A stretch of 64,000 bases of DNA from Myxococcales bacterium (GTDB lineage Bacteria > Myxococcota > Myxococcia > Myxococcales > UBA5297): the NCBI GenBank assembly GCA_036504155.1, contig DASXVQ010000068.1, positions 57,463-121,462 on the forward strand, read 5' to 3'. The notes under the pieces were generated by a model. The model was not told the origin of the DNA, did no database searches, and saw nothing but the letters and a program-made list of their open reading frames with translations. Below are positions 24,339-33,079 of the stretch, one piece after another. How positions within the stretch are numbered: the first letter of the stretch is position 1; every line of letters begins with the position of its first letter. Both the position numbers and the translations under genes were made by a program.

Positions 24339-25706
24339 TCACTCGTCCCCGGCCTGCCGCAGCCGGGCCTCGATCGCCTCGGCCTCGCCGTGGTCCAGGA
24401 ACAGCCCCCGGCAGGTGGCGCAGCGGTCGAGCCAGATGCCGCGCAGCGAGTTGAACTCGTAGGGCTCGAGCCCGGTGCGGCAGCGGGGGCAGCCGCGTTC
24501 GCGCTCCGCCAGGTCCCACTCGCCGGTGGGCTTGTAGAGCCTGGCCATGGCCACCAGCCCCGCCGGCCGGTTGGCCAGCTGCTGCATCTCGCCCTCGTCG
24601 AGCCAGATGCCGCCGCAGGTCGAGCACCCGTCGACGACCACCCCGCCCGAGTGCCCCAGGGACATCGCCGACCCGCATCCGGGGCAGGCCACGCTCGAGG
24701 CGCGCCGCTGCGGCAGCGTGCTGCGCACCGTCGCCGCGCGCGCGGGGAGGGGCGCGGTCACCTCGCCGTAGAGCTCGGGGAACAGCTGGCTGAGCCGCTG
24801 CGAAACCTCGTGCGCCCCGACGATCTCCTGGCGCGACATGAGGAACCGCTCGAGCGCCCTCTTGAGGCCCCGGCAGTCCGAGAAGCGGGCCTCGCGGTCC
24901 TTCTCCAGCGCGGTGGCGATGATCTCCCACAGCTCGGGGGGGCAGTCCGGCCGCCGCTCGAGCAGCGGCACGGGCGGATCGTCGAGGATGGCCTTGATGG
25001 CCCGGGTCTCGTTGCTGGCCTCGAACGGCGAGAGGCCGCTGAGCAGCTCGTAGAGCACCACGCCCAGCGCGAAGACGTCGACGCGGCGGTCGAGCGGGTC
25101 GTCGAGCAGCTGCTCCGGCGGCATGTACCAGACCTTGCCGCGGATGACGCCCACCTGCGTGCGCCGCTGCTTGGCCATCGCCTTGGCGATGCCGAAGTCG
25201 GCCACCTTCACCGCTCCCGACTTGCGCAGCAGCACGTTGTCCGGGCTGATGTCGCGGTGGACCAGCTGCAGCAGCCGCCCGTCCTCCCGCGCCTCGTGCG
25301 CGAAGGCCAGGCCCTCGCAGGCGTCGGCGACGATGCGCGCGGCGATGCCCGGCGGGAGGGGCGAGCGCGTCTCGGTGGACCGCTGGCAGAGGGTGCGCAG
25401 GCACGGGCCGTCCACGTACTCCATGGCGATGTAGTAGCTGCCGTCGGCCTCGCCCAGGTCGAAGATCTGCACGATGTTCGGGTGGTCGAGCCGGGCGGCC
25501 AGCCGCGCCTCGTCCAGGAACATCCCCACGAATTCGGGGTCCTCGGCCAGGTGCGGGTGGATGCGCTTGAGCGCCACCGTCTTCTGGAACCCGCCGGGCC
25601 CCAGCACCTCCGCCAGGAAGACCTCGGCCATCCCGCCGCGCCCGATGCGCTCGAGGAGGCGGTACTTGCCCAGCTGCAGATCGCTGTTGTTGGCGACGGC
25701 GGCCAT
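24339..25706 (-). CDS. Hanks-type Ser/Thr protein kinase with two C-terminal TFIIB-type zinc ribbons
   Basis: GRGGMAEVF, VALKRI, HRDISPDNVLL, DFGIAK and YMPPEQ. The C-terminus carries CPGCGS...CSTCGGIWLDEGE and CPRCRT...CATCRGLFLDHGE. Confidence 0.9.
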   Translation of the reverse strand: MAAVANNSDLQLGKYRLLERIGRGGMAEVFLAEVLGPGGFQKTVALKRIHPHLAEDPEFVGMFLDEARLAARLDHPNIVQIFDLGEADGSYYIAMEYVDGPCLRTLCQRSTETRSPLPPGIAARIVADACEGLAFAHEAREDGRLLQLVHRDISPDNVLLRKSGAVKVADFGIAKAMAKQRRTQVGVIRGKVWYMPPEQLLDDPLDRRVDVFALGVVLYELLSGLSPFEASNETRAIKAILDDPPVPLLERRPDCPPELWEIIATALEKDREARFSDCRGLKRALERFLMSRQEIVGAHEVSQRLSQLFPELYGEVTAPLPARAATVRSTLPQRRASSVACPGCGSAMSLGHSGGVVVDGCSTCGGIWLDEGEMQQLANRPAGLVAMARLYKPTGEWDLAERERGCPRCRTGLEPYEFNSLRGIWLDRCATCRGLFLDHGEAEAIEARLRQAGDE

Positions 25707-25722
25707 CGGCGGGCGCGGCGGG

Positions 25723-26556
25723 CTAGGGGATGCGCTTCTGCATCGCCTGGTAGGTGGGGGTGCTGCGGCCGGCGCCGGTGAGCTTCTTGGCGGCGATGTC
25801 GGCGTCCAGCGCGCGGATGCGGTCGGCGGTCAGCGGGTGGTCGGAGAGGTACGCCATGAAGTCGGGGACGTTGCCCTCGCCGGCCTTGAGGGTCTGGAAG
25901 AACTCGACCATCGCCTTGGGGTCGTAGCCGGCCTTGGAGGTGGTGACCACGCCCACGGCGTCGGCCTCGGCCTCGTCGTCGCGGCTGTTCTTGAGCAGCA
26001 GGCCCTCGGCGACGAGCGCCGTGCCGATCTGCGCGAGCACGTTGGCGTCCTTGCCCAGGGCGGCGTCGCTCAGGGACTGCAGGCCGTACTGCTTGACCAT
26101 GCGCTTGGCGAGGTGGCGCTTGGTGACGTGGCCCACCTCGTGGGCCAGCACGCCCGCCAGCTGGGCCTCGTCCTTGGCCGTCTTGATGAGCCCGCTGAAG
26201 ACGTAGATGCGCGCGCCGGGGATGGCGAAGGCGTTGACCGTCTTGGGCTCGTCGATGACCTTGAAGGTGAAGGCCCAGCCGTAGGGGTCGGCGCTGGCCT
26301 TGGCCGCGCGCTGGCCCACGCCGTCGACGTAGCGCGTCAGCTCGGCGTCGCTCGAGACCTTGTACTTGGCCTCGATCTCGCCGGCGGTCTTGTCGCCCAG
26401 CGCCTTCTCCTCGGAGACCGGGAGCATCAGGTCGGTGGCGACCCCGCCGACCTCGTGGGCCACGCGCATCACGTCGTTGAGGGTGACGTTGCCGCTCCCC
26501 GTGGCACAGCCAGAGAGCGCGGCGACGGCGGCGAGCAACGGGAAGATGCGACGCAT
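25723..26556 (-). CDS. M48-family zinc metalloprotease lipoprotein
   Basis: MRRIFPLLAAVAALSGC lipobox. NAFAIPGARIYVFSGL and LAHEVGHVTKRH (HExxH). Downstream EAEADAVG. Real start ATG 26556 with a GGAG RBS. Confidence 0.9.
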   Translation of the reverse strand: MRRIFPLLAAVAALSGCATGSGNVTLNDVMRVAHEVGGVATDLMLPVSEEKALGDKTAGEIEAKYKVSSDAELTRYVDGVGQRAAKASADPYGWAFTFKVIDEPKTVNAFAIPGARIYVFSGLIKTAKDEAQLAGVLAHEVGHVTKRHLAKRMVKQYGLQSLSDAALGKDANVLAQIGTALVAEGLLLKNSRDDEAEADAVGVVTTSKAGYDPKAMVEFFQTLKAGEGNVPDFMAYLSDHPLTADRIRALDADIAAKKLTGAGRSTPTYQAMQKRIP

Positions 26557-26693
26557 GGAAGGCTCCTGTCCGGTGGACCCACAGCCGAACGCTTTAGCGG
26601 AATCAGGGCCCGTTTGCACGCCCCGCCGGCCGGTCCCCCGCTCTCGTTTCCGGCCGTGCCTCGCGCCGCCAAAGTCGCTACAGTGCACGCCCC

Positions 26694-27728
26694 ATGGCGT
26701 TCAAGGACATCGTCGGACAGGACCGCTGCGTCGGCTCGCTCGCCGCGGCGCTCAAGAGCGGCCTGTTGCACCACGGCTACCTGTTCGGCGGCCCCGAGGG
26801 AGTCGGCAAGGAGCTGTGCGCCCGCACGCTCGCCCAGGCCGCCAACTGCGAGAAGGACGACGGCGAAGCCTGCGGGGTCTGCGGCCCGTGCAAGCGCGTC
26901 GCCGGGCGCAACCACGTCGACGTCGTGTTCATCCTCCCCGAGGCGGAGATGATCGCCCGCGGCTGGGCGGGCCGGGCCGACTTCGACGGCACGCCCTCGC
27001 GGGAGATCAAGATCGGCCAGATCCGCAAGCTGCAGGAGCGCCTGGCGTTCAAGGCCCTGGAGGCCCGCCGCAAGTTCGCGCTCATCCTGCAGGCGGACGC
27101 GATGAACGTGCAGGCGCAGAACGCGCTGCTCAAGACGCTCGAGGAGCCGCCCGACGGGACGACGCTCGTCCTGGTCAGCTCGGCGCCGCACGCGCTCCTG
27201 CCCACCATCCGCTCGCGCTGCCTGAAGATGGCCTTCGCCCCGCTGCCGCTGGAGCTGGTCGCCCGGAAGGTGGCCGAGGCCAAGAAGGTCGACCCGGCGA
27301 CGGCCCGGCTGTGCGCGGCGCTGGCCGACGGCAGCCTGGGCGCGGCGATGGAGCTCGACACGAAGGCGCTCGCGCGCCGCAAGGAGCTCTTGGAGCGGCT
27401 CGAGGCGCTCAAGGCCGGCGACGCCCGCGGGGCGCTCTGGTTCGCCGCCGACTTCGCCGAGGACCGCTCTTCCGCCGAGGCGCACCTCGACCTCATCTGC
27501 GCCTGGTACCGCGACGTGGCCGTGCTGGCCTCCGGCGGGGAGGAGGGCGCCATCGCCAACCAGGACCTCTCGCCGCTGGCGAAGGAGTCCGCCGGCCGGC
27601 TCGGGGCGGCCGAGGCGCTGCGGCGCATCGGCCTGTGCAACTCCGCCCGCGCAACGCTCCGGTTCAACGCCTCGCCCAGGCTGCAGCTCGAGCAGGCCGC
27701 GCTGCGCTTCGTGTACAGGGACGCATGA
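26694..27728 (+). CDS. holB: DNA polymerase III subunit delta-prime
   Basis: MAFKDIVGQD...HHGYLFGGPEGVGK, the zinc module CGVCGPCKRV, and the LLKTLEEPP motif. Confidence 0.9.
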   Translation: MAFKDIVGQDRCVGSLAAALKSGLLHHGYLFGGPEGVGKELCARTLAQAANCEKDDGEACGVCGPCKRVAGRNHVDVVFILPEAEMIARGWAGRADFDGTPSREIKIGQIRKLQERLAFKALEARRKFALILQADAMNVQAQNALLKTLEEPPDGTTLVLVSSAPHALLPTIRSRCLKMAFAPLPLELVARKVAEAKKVDPATARLCAALADGSLGAAMELDTKALARRKELLERLEALKAGDARGALWFAADFAEDRSSAEAHLDLICAWYRDVAVLASGGEEGAIANQDLSPLAKESAGRLGAAEALRRIGLCNSARATLRFNASPRLQLEQAALRFVYRDA

Positions 27729-29029
27729 GCACCGCCAACGACGCACTCCTCAAGGAGATCGAGGCCGGCAAGGCGCCGCCGGTCTACCTCATCACCGGCG
27801 AGGAGTTCCTGGTCCGCAAGGCCTCCGACGAGATCGTCGGGAAGCTCTTGCCCAAGGCCATGGCGGGGCTCAACCTCGCCATCCACGAGGGCAGCTCCCC
27901 GGCCGACGTCGCCCGCGACCTGGCCACCATGCCCATGTTCCGCGGCCGCAAGGTCGTGGTGGTGCGCGAGCCCGAGTTCCTGGCGCCCAAGAAGGGCCGC
28001 GCCGACGCGCTGGGCAAGATCAAGGAAGCCTGGAGCGCCGGGCGCCGCAAGGTCGCCGCCAACCGCGCGCTGGCGCTGTTCGGCCGCGCCGGCTGGGGGC
28101 CGGACCAGCTCCTGGCGCCGGACACCGGGGCCATCTCGCGCGAGCTGGAGATCGAGCTCGCCGACTCCGACGTCGCGTTCCTCAAGGAGATCGGCACCTT
28201 CTGCAAGGCCGAGAACCTCACCGCTCCCGAGGGCGACACCGGCGCGCTCGAGCGGCTGCTGGAGAAGGGCGCTCCCAAGGACCACCACCTGGTCATCGAG
28301 GCCGTGCACCTCGACTCGCGCTCCACGCTGGCCAAGCTGTGCATCAAGGTCGGCACGCTGGTGGACCGCAAGGTCGAGCGCGAGCTGCGCAAGCTCGACA
28401 TCCACGAGACCGTGGTGGACTCGCTCGCCTCCTTCAAGAAGAAGCTCGAGCCCGCCGCCGAGAAGCTGCTCAAGGACCTGTGCGGCGGCAACATGCGCCT
28501 GCTCCAGTCCGAGCTCGAGAAGCTGGCGCTCTACGTCGGCGAGGCGGGCACCATCCGGGAGGCGGACGTGGAGGCCATCGTCCGCCGCGCCCGCGAGGAC
28601 GAGTTCCGCGAGCTCTCCGACGCCCTGGGCAGCCGCGACCTGAAGGCCACCCTGCGCTACGTGGGCACCGCGCTGGACCAGGGCGAGGCGGCCCTGAAGA
28701 TCCACGGGGCCATCGCCAGCATCGTGCGCCGCATGCTCGAGGACCGCGTGCGCTGGAGCGCGCTGGGCTTCAGCGCGCGCACCGGCAAGGGCGACTTCGA
28801 CCGCCGCGGCATCCCCGAGCTGGAGAAGGAGGCGCAGGAGCGGGGCTCCAAGGTGCCGCACCCCTACGTCGCCTGGCTCGGCTTCCAGTCCTGCATGCGC
28901 TTCGAGCCGCGGGAGCTGGTCGACGTCATGCTCGCGGTCGCGCAGGCCGACGTCTCGCTCAAGTCGGGCGGCACCGGCAAGCTCGTGCTCGAGTCGCTGG
29001 CGCTGAAGGTGTGCCAGCGCCGCGCCTGA
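27725..29029 (+). CDS. holA: DNA polymerase III subunit delta
   Basis: ATGA overlap with holB. PPVYLITGEEFLV... N-terminus and overall helical domain III pattern (LQSELEKLALYVG). It is longer (434 aa) than typical HolA. Confidence 0.8.
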   Translation: MSTANDALLKEIEAGKAPPVYLITGEEFLVRKASDEIVGKLLPKAMAGLNLAIHEGSSPADVARDLATMPMFRGRKVVVVREPEFLAPKKGRADALGKIKEAWSAGRRKVAANRALALFGRAGWGPDQLLAPDTGAISRELEIELADSDVAFLKEIGTFCKAENLTAPEGDTGALERLLEKGAPKDHHLVIEAVHLDSRSTLAKLCIKVGTLVDRKVERELRKLDIHETVVDSLASFKKKLEPAAEKLLKDLCGGNMRLLQSELEKLALYVGEAGTIREADVEAIVRRAREDEFRELSDALGSRDLKATLRYVGTALDQGEAALKIHGAIASIVRRMLEDRVRWSALGFSARTGKGDFDRRGIPELEKEAQERGSKVPHPYVAWLGFQSCMRFEPRELVDVMLAVAQADVSLKSGGTGKLVLESLALKVCQRRA

Positions 29030-29033
29030 GCGC

Positions 29034-30749
29034 CTACCTCGCCGAGAGCGGCAGGGCGAGCCGGTCCTTGACGAGTTGCCCCCACGCGGTGGGCTTGAGC
29101 GCCATGTTCACGCCGCAGCTTCCGCCGGAGGAGTCCTCGAGCAGGTTCGGCGGGCAGCGCATGTGGAAGGTCCAGGCGAGCCAAGGGACCTGCAGCGAGT
29201 CGGCGCGCCTCATCAGCTCGGAGCAGTCGGGCAGGGCCATCCCCGCCCAGTCCACCGGCCCGAACTCGCCGATGATCACCGGCAGCGTCGCGGAGGGGGT
29301 GACGAAGCGGTCCTGGAAGGCGCTGGTCGGGTCGTAGACGTGCGTCTCGTAGGCGATGTTGTCGCCGCCGCCGGCGGCGATGGGGTGGGCGAGGTAGTAG
29401 TCGAGCACGCGCGACCACGAGCGGGTGCCCTGCACGGCGATGACGTGGTGCGGCGCGCCGTGGGCGTCCTCGACCGCGCGAATGGCCGCCACGGTCGCGT
29501 TCATCGCGGACCAGCAGGCCGCGTCCTGAGCGCCGTCGTAGTTGGCCTGCGGCTCGTTCGACAGGCCGAAGAGGACCTGCGGCGTGTCGCGGAAGGTCGT
29601 CGCCAGCAGGCGCCAGGTGTCGAGCGTCGTCGCGGTCGGCCAGCCGGTCGCGGAGAAGGTCGGGTCCACCCAGAGCGAGAGGAGCAGGTAGACGCCGGGC
29701 TTGGTCCCGACGTGGTCGACGATCTTCTGGACGTCGGCCAGGTACTGCGGGTCCTGAGTGGCCTGCTGCCATTGCAGCCGGCCTCCGGCGGCCGCGAAGC
29801 TCTCGAGGTCCAGCCGCAGGAAGTCCGCGTGCCAGACGTCCACGGCCTCGTCGATGCGGCGCAGGACCTCGGCGACGTTGGGCACGTTGAAGGTGCAGGC
29901 GTCGCAGCCGCGGGTGTCGGGCAGGTTGAAGCCGCGGCCGGCCCACACCGTGCCGTCTGCGCGGACGATCTTGTTCCCCGAGGTGGACAGCCAGCCGTCG
30001 TACGAGGGTGCGGTCCCGGCGTCCGGGCCGGGCGAGGCGGCATCGTGCCCTGGGGCGCTCGCGTCCGGGCCAGGGTCGGCGGCGTCGCGCCCCGGGGCGC
30101 TCGCATCTAGGCCAGGGTCGGCGGCGTCGGGACCCTGCGATGCCGCGTCCAGGCCGGGCGCTCCGGCATCCCGGCCGGCCGGGCTCGCGTCTTCACCCGC
30201 TGCCTCGGAGGCGTCCTCACCGAGGCCGGCGGCGTCGGGGCCCGCCAGCGACGCGTCGGGGCCTGCGATCTCCGCACCCGCGTCCGCCCCGGGGGCGAGC
30301 ACCGAGACGGTCACCCCAGGGCCGTCGTTCCAGGAGCCCGACTCGTCCTCGTAGGTCGAATAGATCTCCCAGGCTCCGCCGGACTCCGCGGAGCCGAGCA
30401 CGAGCGCCGCGTCGATGGCGATCGTCGAGCCCCTCCCCAGCGTGGTCGCCTCGACGCTCGGCGCGAACTCCAGGACCGGACGCTCGCCGCGCGCCGCCCC
30501 GTTCGGGCGTGCGGCGACGGCGAGTCGGCGCAGCGTCAGCTCTCCGGTCCCTTCCCAGGTGTAGGTCACCTTGGCTCGCACCACGTCGCCGGGCGCCGCC
30601 GCCGCACGGTCGACCTGCAGCGGCGAGGAGATCGACAGCGTTCCGCGGAGCGCGGCGTCGTTCGGCTCGGCCGGGTCCAAGACCAGCCCGACGCAGGCGG
30701 GGAGCCAGAGGAGCAACAGGGTGGCGAAGGCCGAGGTGCGGGCGCTCAT
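29034..30749 (-). CDS. secreted glycoside hydrolase family 5 (cellulase-like) with N-terminal beta-rich domain and Asp/Ala/Pro/Gly repeat linker
   Basis: ATG 30749 gives MSARTSAFATLLLLWLPAC. The C-terminal domain has the GH5 hallmarks GLSNEPQ (acid/base NEP) and IIGEFG (nucleophile Glu). The upstream part of ORF 29034..31316 was discarded. Confidence 0.8.
   Translation of the reverse strand: MSARTSAFATLLLLWLPACVGLVLDPAEPNDAALRGTLSISSPLQVDRAAAAPGDVVRAKVTYTWEGTGELTLRRLAVAARPNGAARGERPVLEFAPSVEATTLGRGSTIAIDAALVLGSAESGGAWEIYSTYEDESGSWNDGPGVTVSVLAPGADAGAEIAGPDASLAGPDAAGLGEDASEAAGEDASPAGRDAGAPGLDAASQGPDAADPGLDASAPGRDAADPGPDASAPGHDAASPGPDAGTAPSYDGWLSTSGNKIVRADGTVWAGRGFNLPDTRGCDACTFNVPNVAEVLRRIDEAVDVWHADFLRLDLESFAAAGGRLQWQQATQDPQYLADVQKIVDHVGTKPGVYLLLSLWVDPTFSATGWPTATTLDTWRLLATTFRDTPQVLFGLSNEPQANYDGAQDAACWSAMNATVAAIRAVEDAHGAPHHVIAVQGTRSWSRVLDYYLAHPIAAGGGDNIAYETHVYDPTSAFQDRFVTPSATLPVIIGEFGPVDWAGMALPDCSELMRRADSLQVPWLAWTFHMRCPPNLLEDSSGGSCGVNMALKPTAWGQLVKDRLALPLSAR
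30010..30300 (-). repeat. degenerate in-frame tandem repeats encoding (PG.DA[AS])n linker inside the GH5 gene
   Basis: Protein ...GPDASLAGPDAAGLGEDASEAAGEDASPAGRDAGAPGLDAASQGPDAADPGLDASAPGRDAADPGPDASAPGHDAASPGPDAG.... Near-identical roughly 45-nt DNA units, e.g. GGGGCGCTCGC(G/A)TC(C/T)(G/A)GGCCAGGGTCGGCGGCGTCG. Confidence 0.75.
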
Positions 30750-31278
30750 GGAGTCCTTTGGGAAAGGAAGCGGCAGGCGACGCTTCAAGGCCTGGGCCAG
30801 TCGCACCGGTCGGATTTGCTGGGCATTTCGCCTCTCGCGCAGGGCCGGTCCCGCCGGCGCTTCCCGCCGAACGAGGCCAACCCCACGGCGAGAGGCGGCA
30901 AATCGGCTGGCGTGACGTCGAGCCCGGGAGCGTGACGAGCGGCACGCCCACACGCCGCTTCGGGGGGTGACGGCGAACCGGTCCTCGATGAGCCGATCGC
31001 CGGCAGCGTCGCCGAGGGGCGGTCGGCCTGCCGCGAATCGTCCACGACCCCGGTCCCACTGGCGGGCAGGTGCATCAAAGCAGGTGGGCAGAGGTGGACG
31101 GAGGTGCACGCGCTCAATAGGAACCCGGGGAAAGAGGACGGAGGGCGCGTCGTCGAGCCGCGGCGACGGCGAGGCCGGGGGTCGGGGCAACACCTCGAAG
31201 CCAGGGGGATTCGGGACGGCGTGCCGGAGGGCTGTGCACCGTGACCATCCTCGACATCCGACCGCGCCGGAGCCCCCC

Positions 31279-33054
31279 GTGACCGCCGTCGCCCACCGCG
31301 AGGCGCGGGTGCCCATCTTCGCGCGCGTCGAGGCCAGCGGCTCCGCTCCGCTCGGGACGATGTACGCCTGGAACCTCAGCGGCGGCGGCGTCTACCTCAA
31401 GGCTCCCGGGCTGACGGCGCAGGACGTGCCGCTGGGCCACGCCATCCAGCTGGCGATCTCGCTGCCCGACGGCGGCGCGGCGATCGAAGCGACGGCGGAG
31501 GTGGCCTGGGTCGACCCCGCGGTGCGCGACCACCTCGGCGAGCGCGCGGTCGGCCTGGGCGTGCGCTTCGCCTCGGTGCCCGGCGCCGGCCTCGAGCGCA
31601 TCCTCCGGTTCATCGAAGCCTTCCGCTACCGGGTGGTCGCCCTCGGCCTGACCGACGAGGCTTCCGCCGCGCAGGCCTTCGCCGACCTCTTCCCGCTGCA
31701 GGCCGTCGCCACCGAGCAGGAGCTGGTCGCCGCGGCCCAGGGCGGGCAGGTGGGGCTCATCCTCCTGGGTGAGGCGCAGGGCCCCATCCGTGCCCTGGAG
31801 CTGCTGCGGCGCATCACCGAGAGCCGCGAGATCGAGCGCCAGCCGCCGTTGCTCTACCTCGGGCGGCAAGCCGTCCCGGCGATCGAGCCGATGATCGCTC
31901 GCAACGCCCGCTTCTCGTTCGCGCGGCTGCCCATCGAGCCGTTCGAGCTGCGCAGCCTGGTGCGCCGCGCGGTGGAGGGCTTCGTCGCCGAAGAGGCCAA
32001 CAAGGTGCTCCACACCGAGCTGCGCCGGGCGCTCGACCACCTGCGCCGCGAGAACGACTACCTGCGCGACCGGGTCCGCGAGCCGGACCGGCTGCAGGGG
32101 CTGGTAGGTCAGAGCCCGGCGATGCTGCGGGTGTTCGAGCTGGTCGAGCGCGTCGCCCCGGTGTCCACCAGCGTGCTCGTCCTGGGCGAGACCGGCACCG
32201 GGAAGGACCTGGTCGCCCGGGCCATCCACGCGCTCTCGCCGCGGCGCGACCGGCCGCTGTTGGCGCAGAACTGCGCGGCGCTCACCGAGGGGCTGCTCGA
32301 CGCCGAGCTGTTCGGGCACGCCCGCGGCGCCTTCACCGGCGCGGTGGGCGAGCGGGCCGGGCTCTTCGAGGCCGCCCACGGCGGCACGGTGTTCCTGGAC
32401 GAGATCGGGGAGATGCCGCCCTCGATGCAGGCCAAGCTGCTGCACGTGCTGGAGAACGGCGAGATCCGCCGGGTGGGCGAGACCCGGTCGCGCACGGTGG
32501 ACGTGCGGGTCGTCTCCGCCACCCACCGCAGCCTGGACGCGCTGGTCGCCTCCGGCCACTTCCGCAAGGACCTCTACTACCGGCTGCGGGCGTTCGTAGT
32601 CGAGCTGCCGCCGCTGCGCGACCGCCCGGAGGACATCCCGCTGCTCGCGCTGCACTTCCTCGACCGCCTCACCGAGAAGCACGGCCTGGCGGCGCGCGGC
32701 GTGACCGCGCAGGCGATGGCGCTGCTGGAGGCCCACGACTGGCCGGGCAACGCCCGCGAGCTGCTGCACACGCTCGAGCGGCTGCTGCTGCTGGCCCCCA
32801 GCGGCGGGCGGATCGACGCCGACCTCGTGCGCGAGACCTTGAGCCTGGAGCGGCGCGAGGTCTCGCACCGCTCGCTCCCCGAGGAGCTGGAGGCCTTCGA
32901 GCGCACGCTGATCGAAGCCGCGCTCGGGCGCAGCGCCGGCGTGGTCGCCGTCGCCGCCAGGGCGCTGGGGGTGGACCGCACCACTCTCTCCAAGCGCTGC
33001 CGGCGGCTGGGGATCCGCGCGGGGGCCGGCCGCTCGCCGGTCGGGGAGCGCTGA
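31279..33054 (+). CDS. sigma54-dependent transcriptional activator with N-terminal PilZ-like domain (PilZ / receiver-like linker / AAA+ / Fis-type HTH)
   Basis: GGAG lies 5 nt before GTG 31279. N-terminus HREARVPIFARVE...WNLSGGGVYL (NxSxxG; first motif only RxxR). AAA+ core GETGTGKD, GAFTGA, GTVFLDEIGEM. C-terminal HTH AARALGVDRTTLSKRCRRLGI. Confidence 0.85.
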   Translation: MTAVAHREARVPIFARVEASGSAPLGTMYAWNLSGGGVYLKAPGLTAQDVPLGHAIQLAISLPDGGAAIEATAEVAWVDPAVRDHLGERAVGLGVRFASVPGAGLERILRFIEAFRYRVVALGLTDEASAAQAFADLFPLQAVATEQELVAAAQGGQVGLILLGEAQGPIRALELLRRITESREIERQPPLLYLGRQAVPAIEPMIARNARFSFARLPIEPFELRSLVRRAVEGFVAEEANKVLHTELRRALDHLRRENDYLRDRVREPDRLQGLVGQSPAMLRVFELVERVAPVSTSVLVLGETGTGKDLVARAIHALSPRRDRPLLAQNCAALTEGLLDAELFGHARGAFTGAVGERAGLFEAAHGGTVFLDEIGEMPPSMQAKLLHVLENGEIRRVGETRSRTVDVRVVSATHRSLDALVASGHFRKDLYYRLRAFVVELPPLRDRPEDIPLLALHFLDRLTEKHGLAARGVTAQAMALLEAHDWPGNARELLHTLERLLLLAPSGGRIDADLVRETLSLERREVSHRSLPEELEAFERTLIEAALGRSAGVVAVAARALGVDRTTLSKRCRRLGIRAGAGRSPVGER

Positions 33055-33079
33055 GCGGGCCGAGGGCGGCGCGGGGAAG

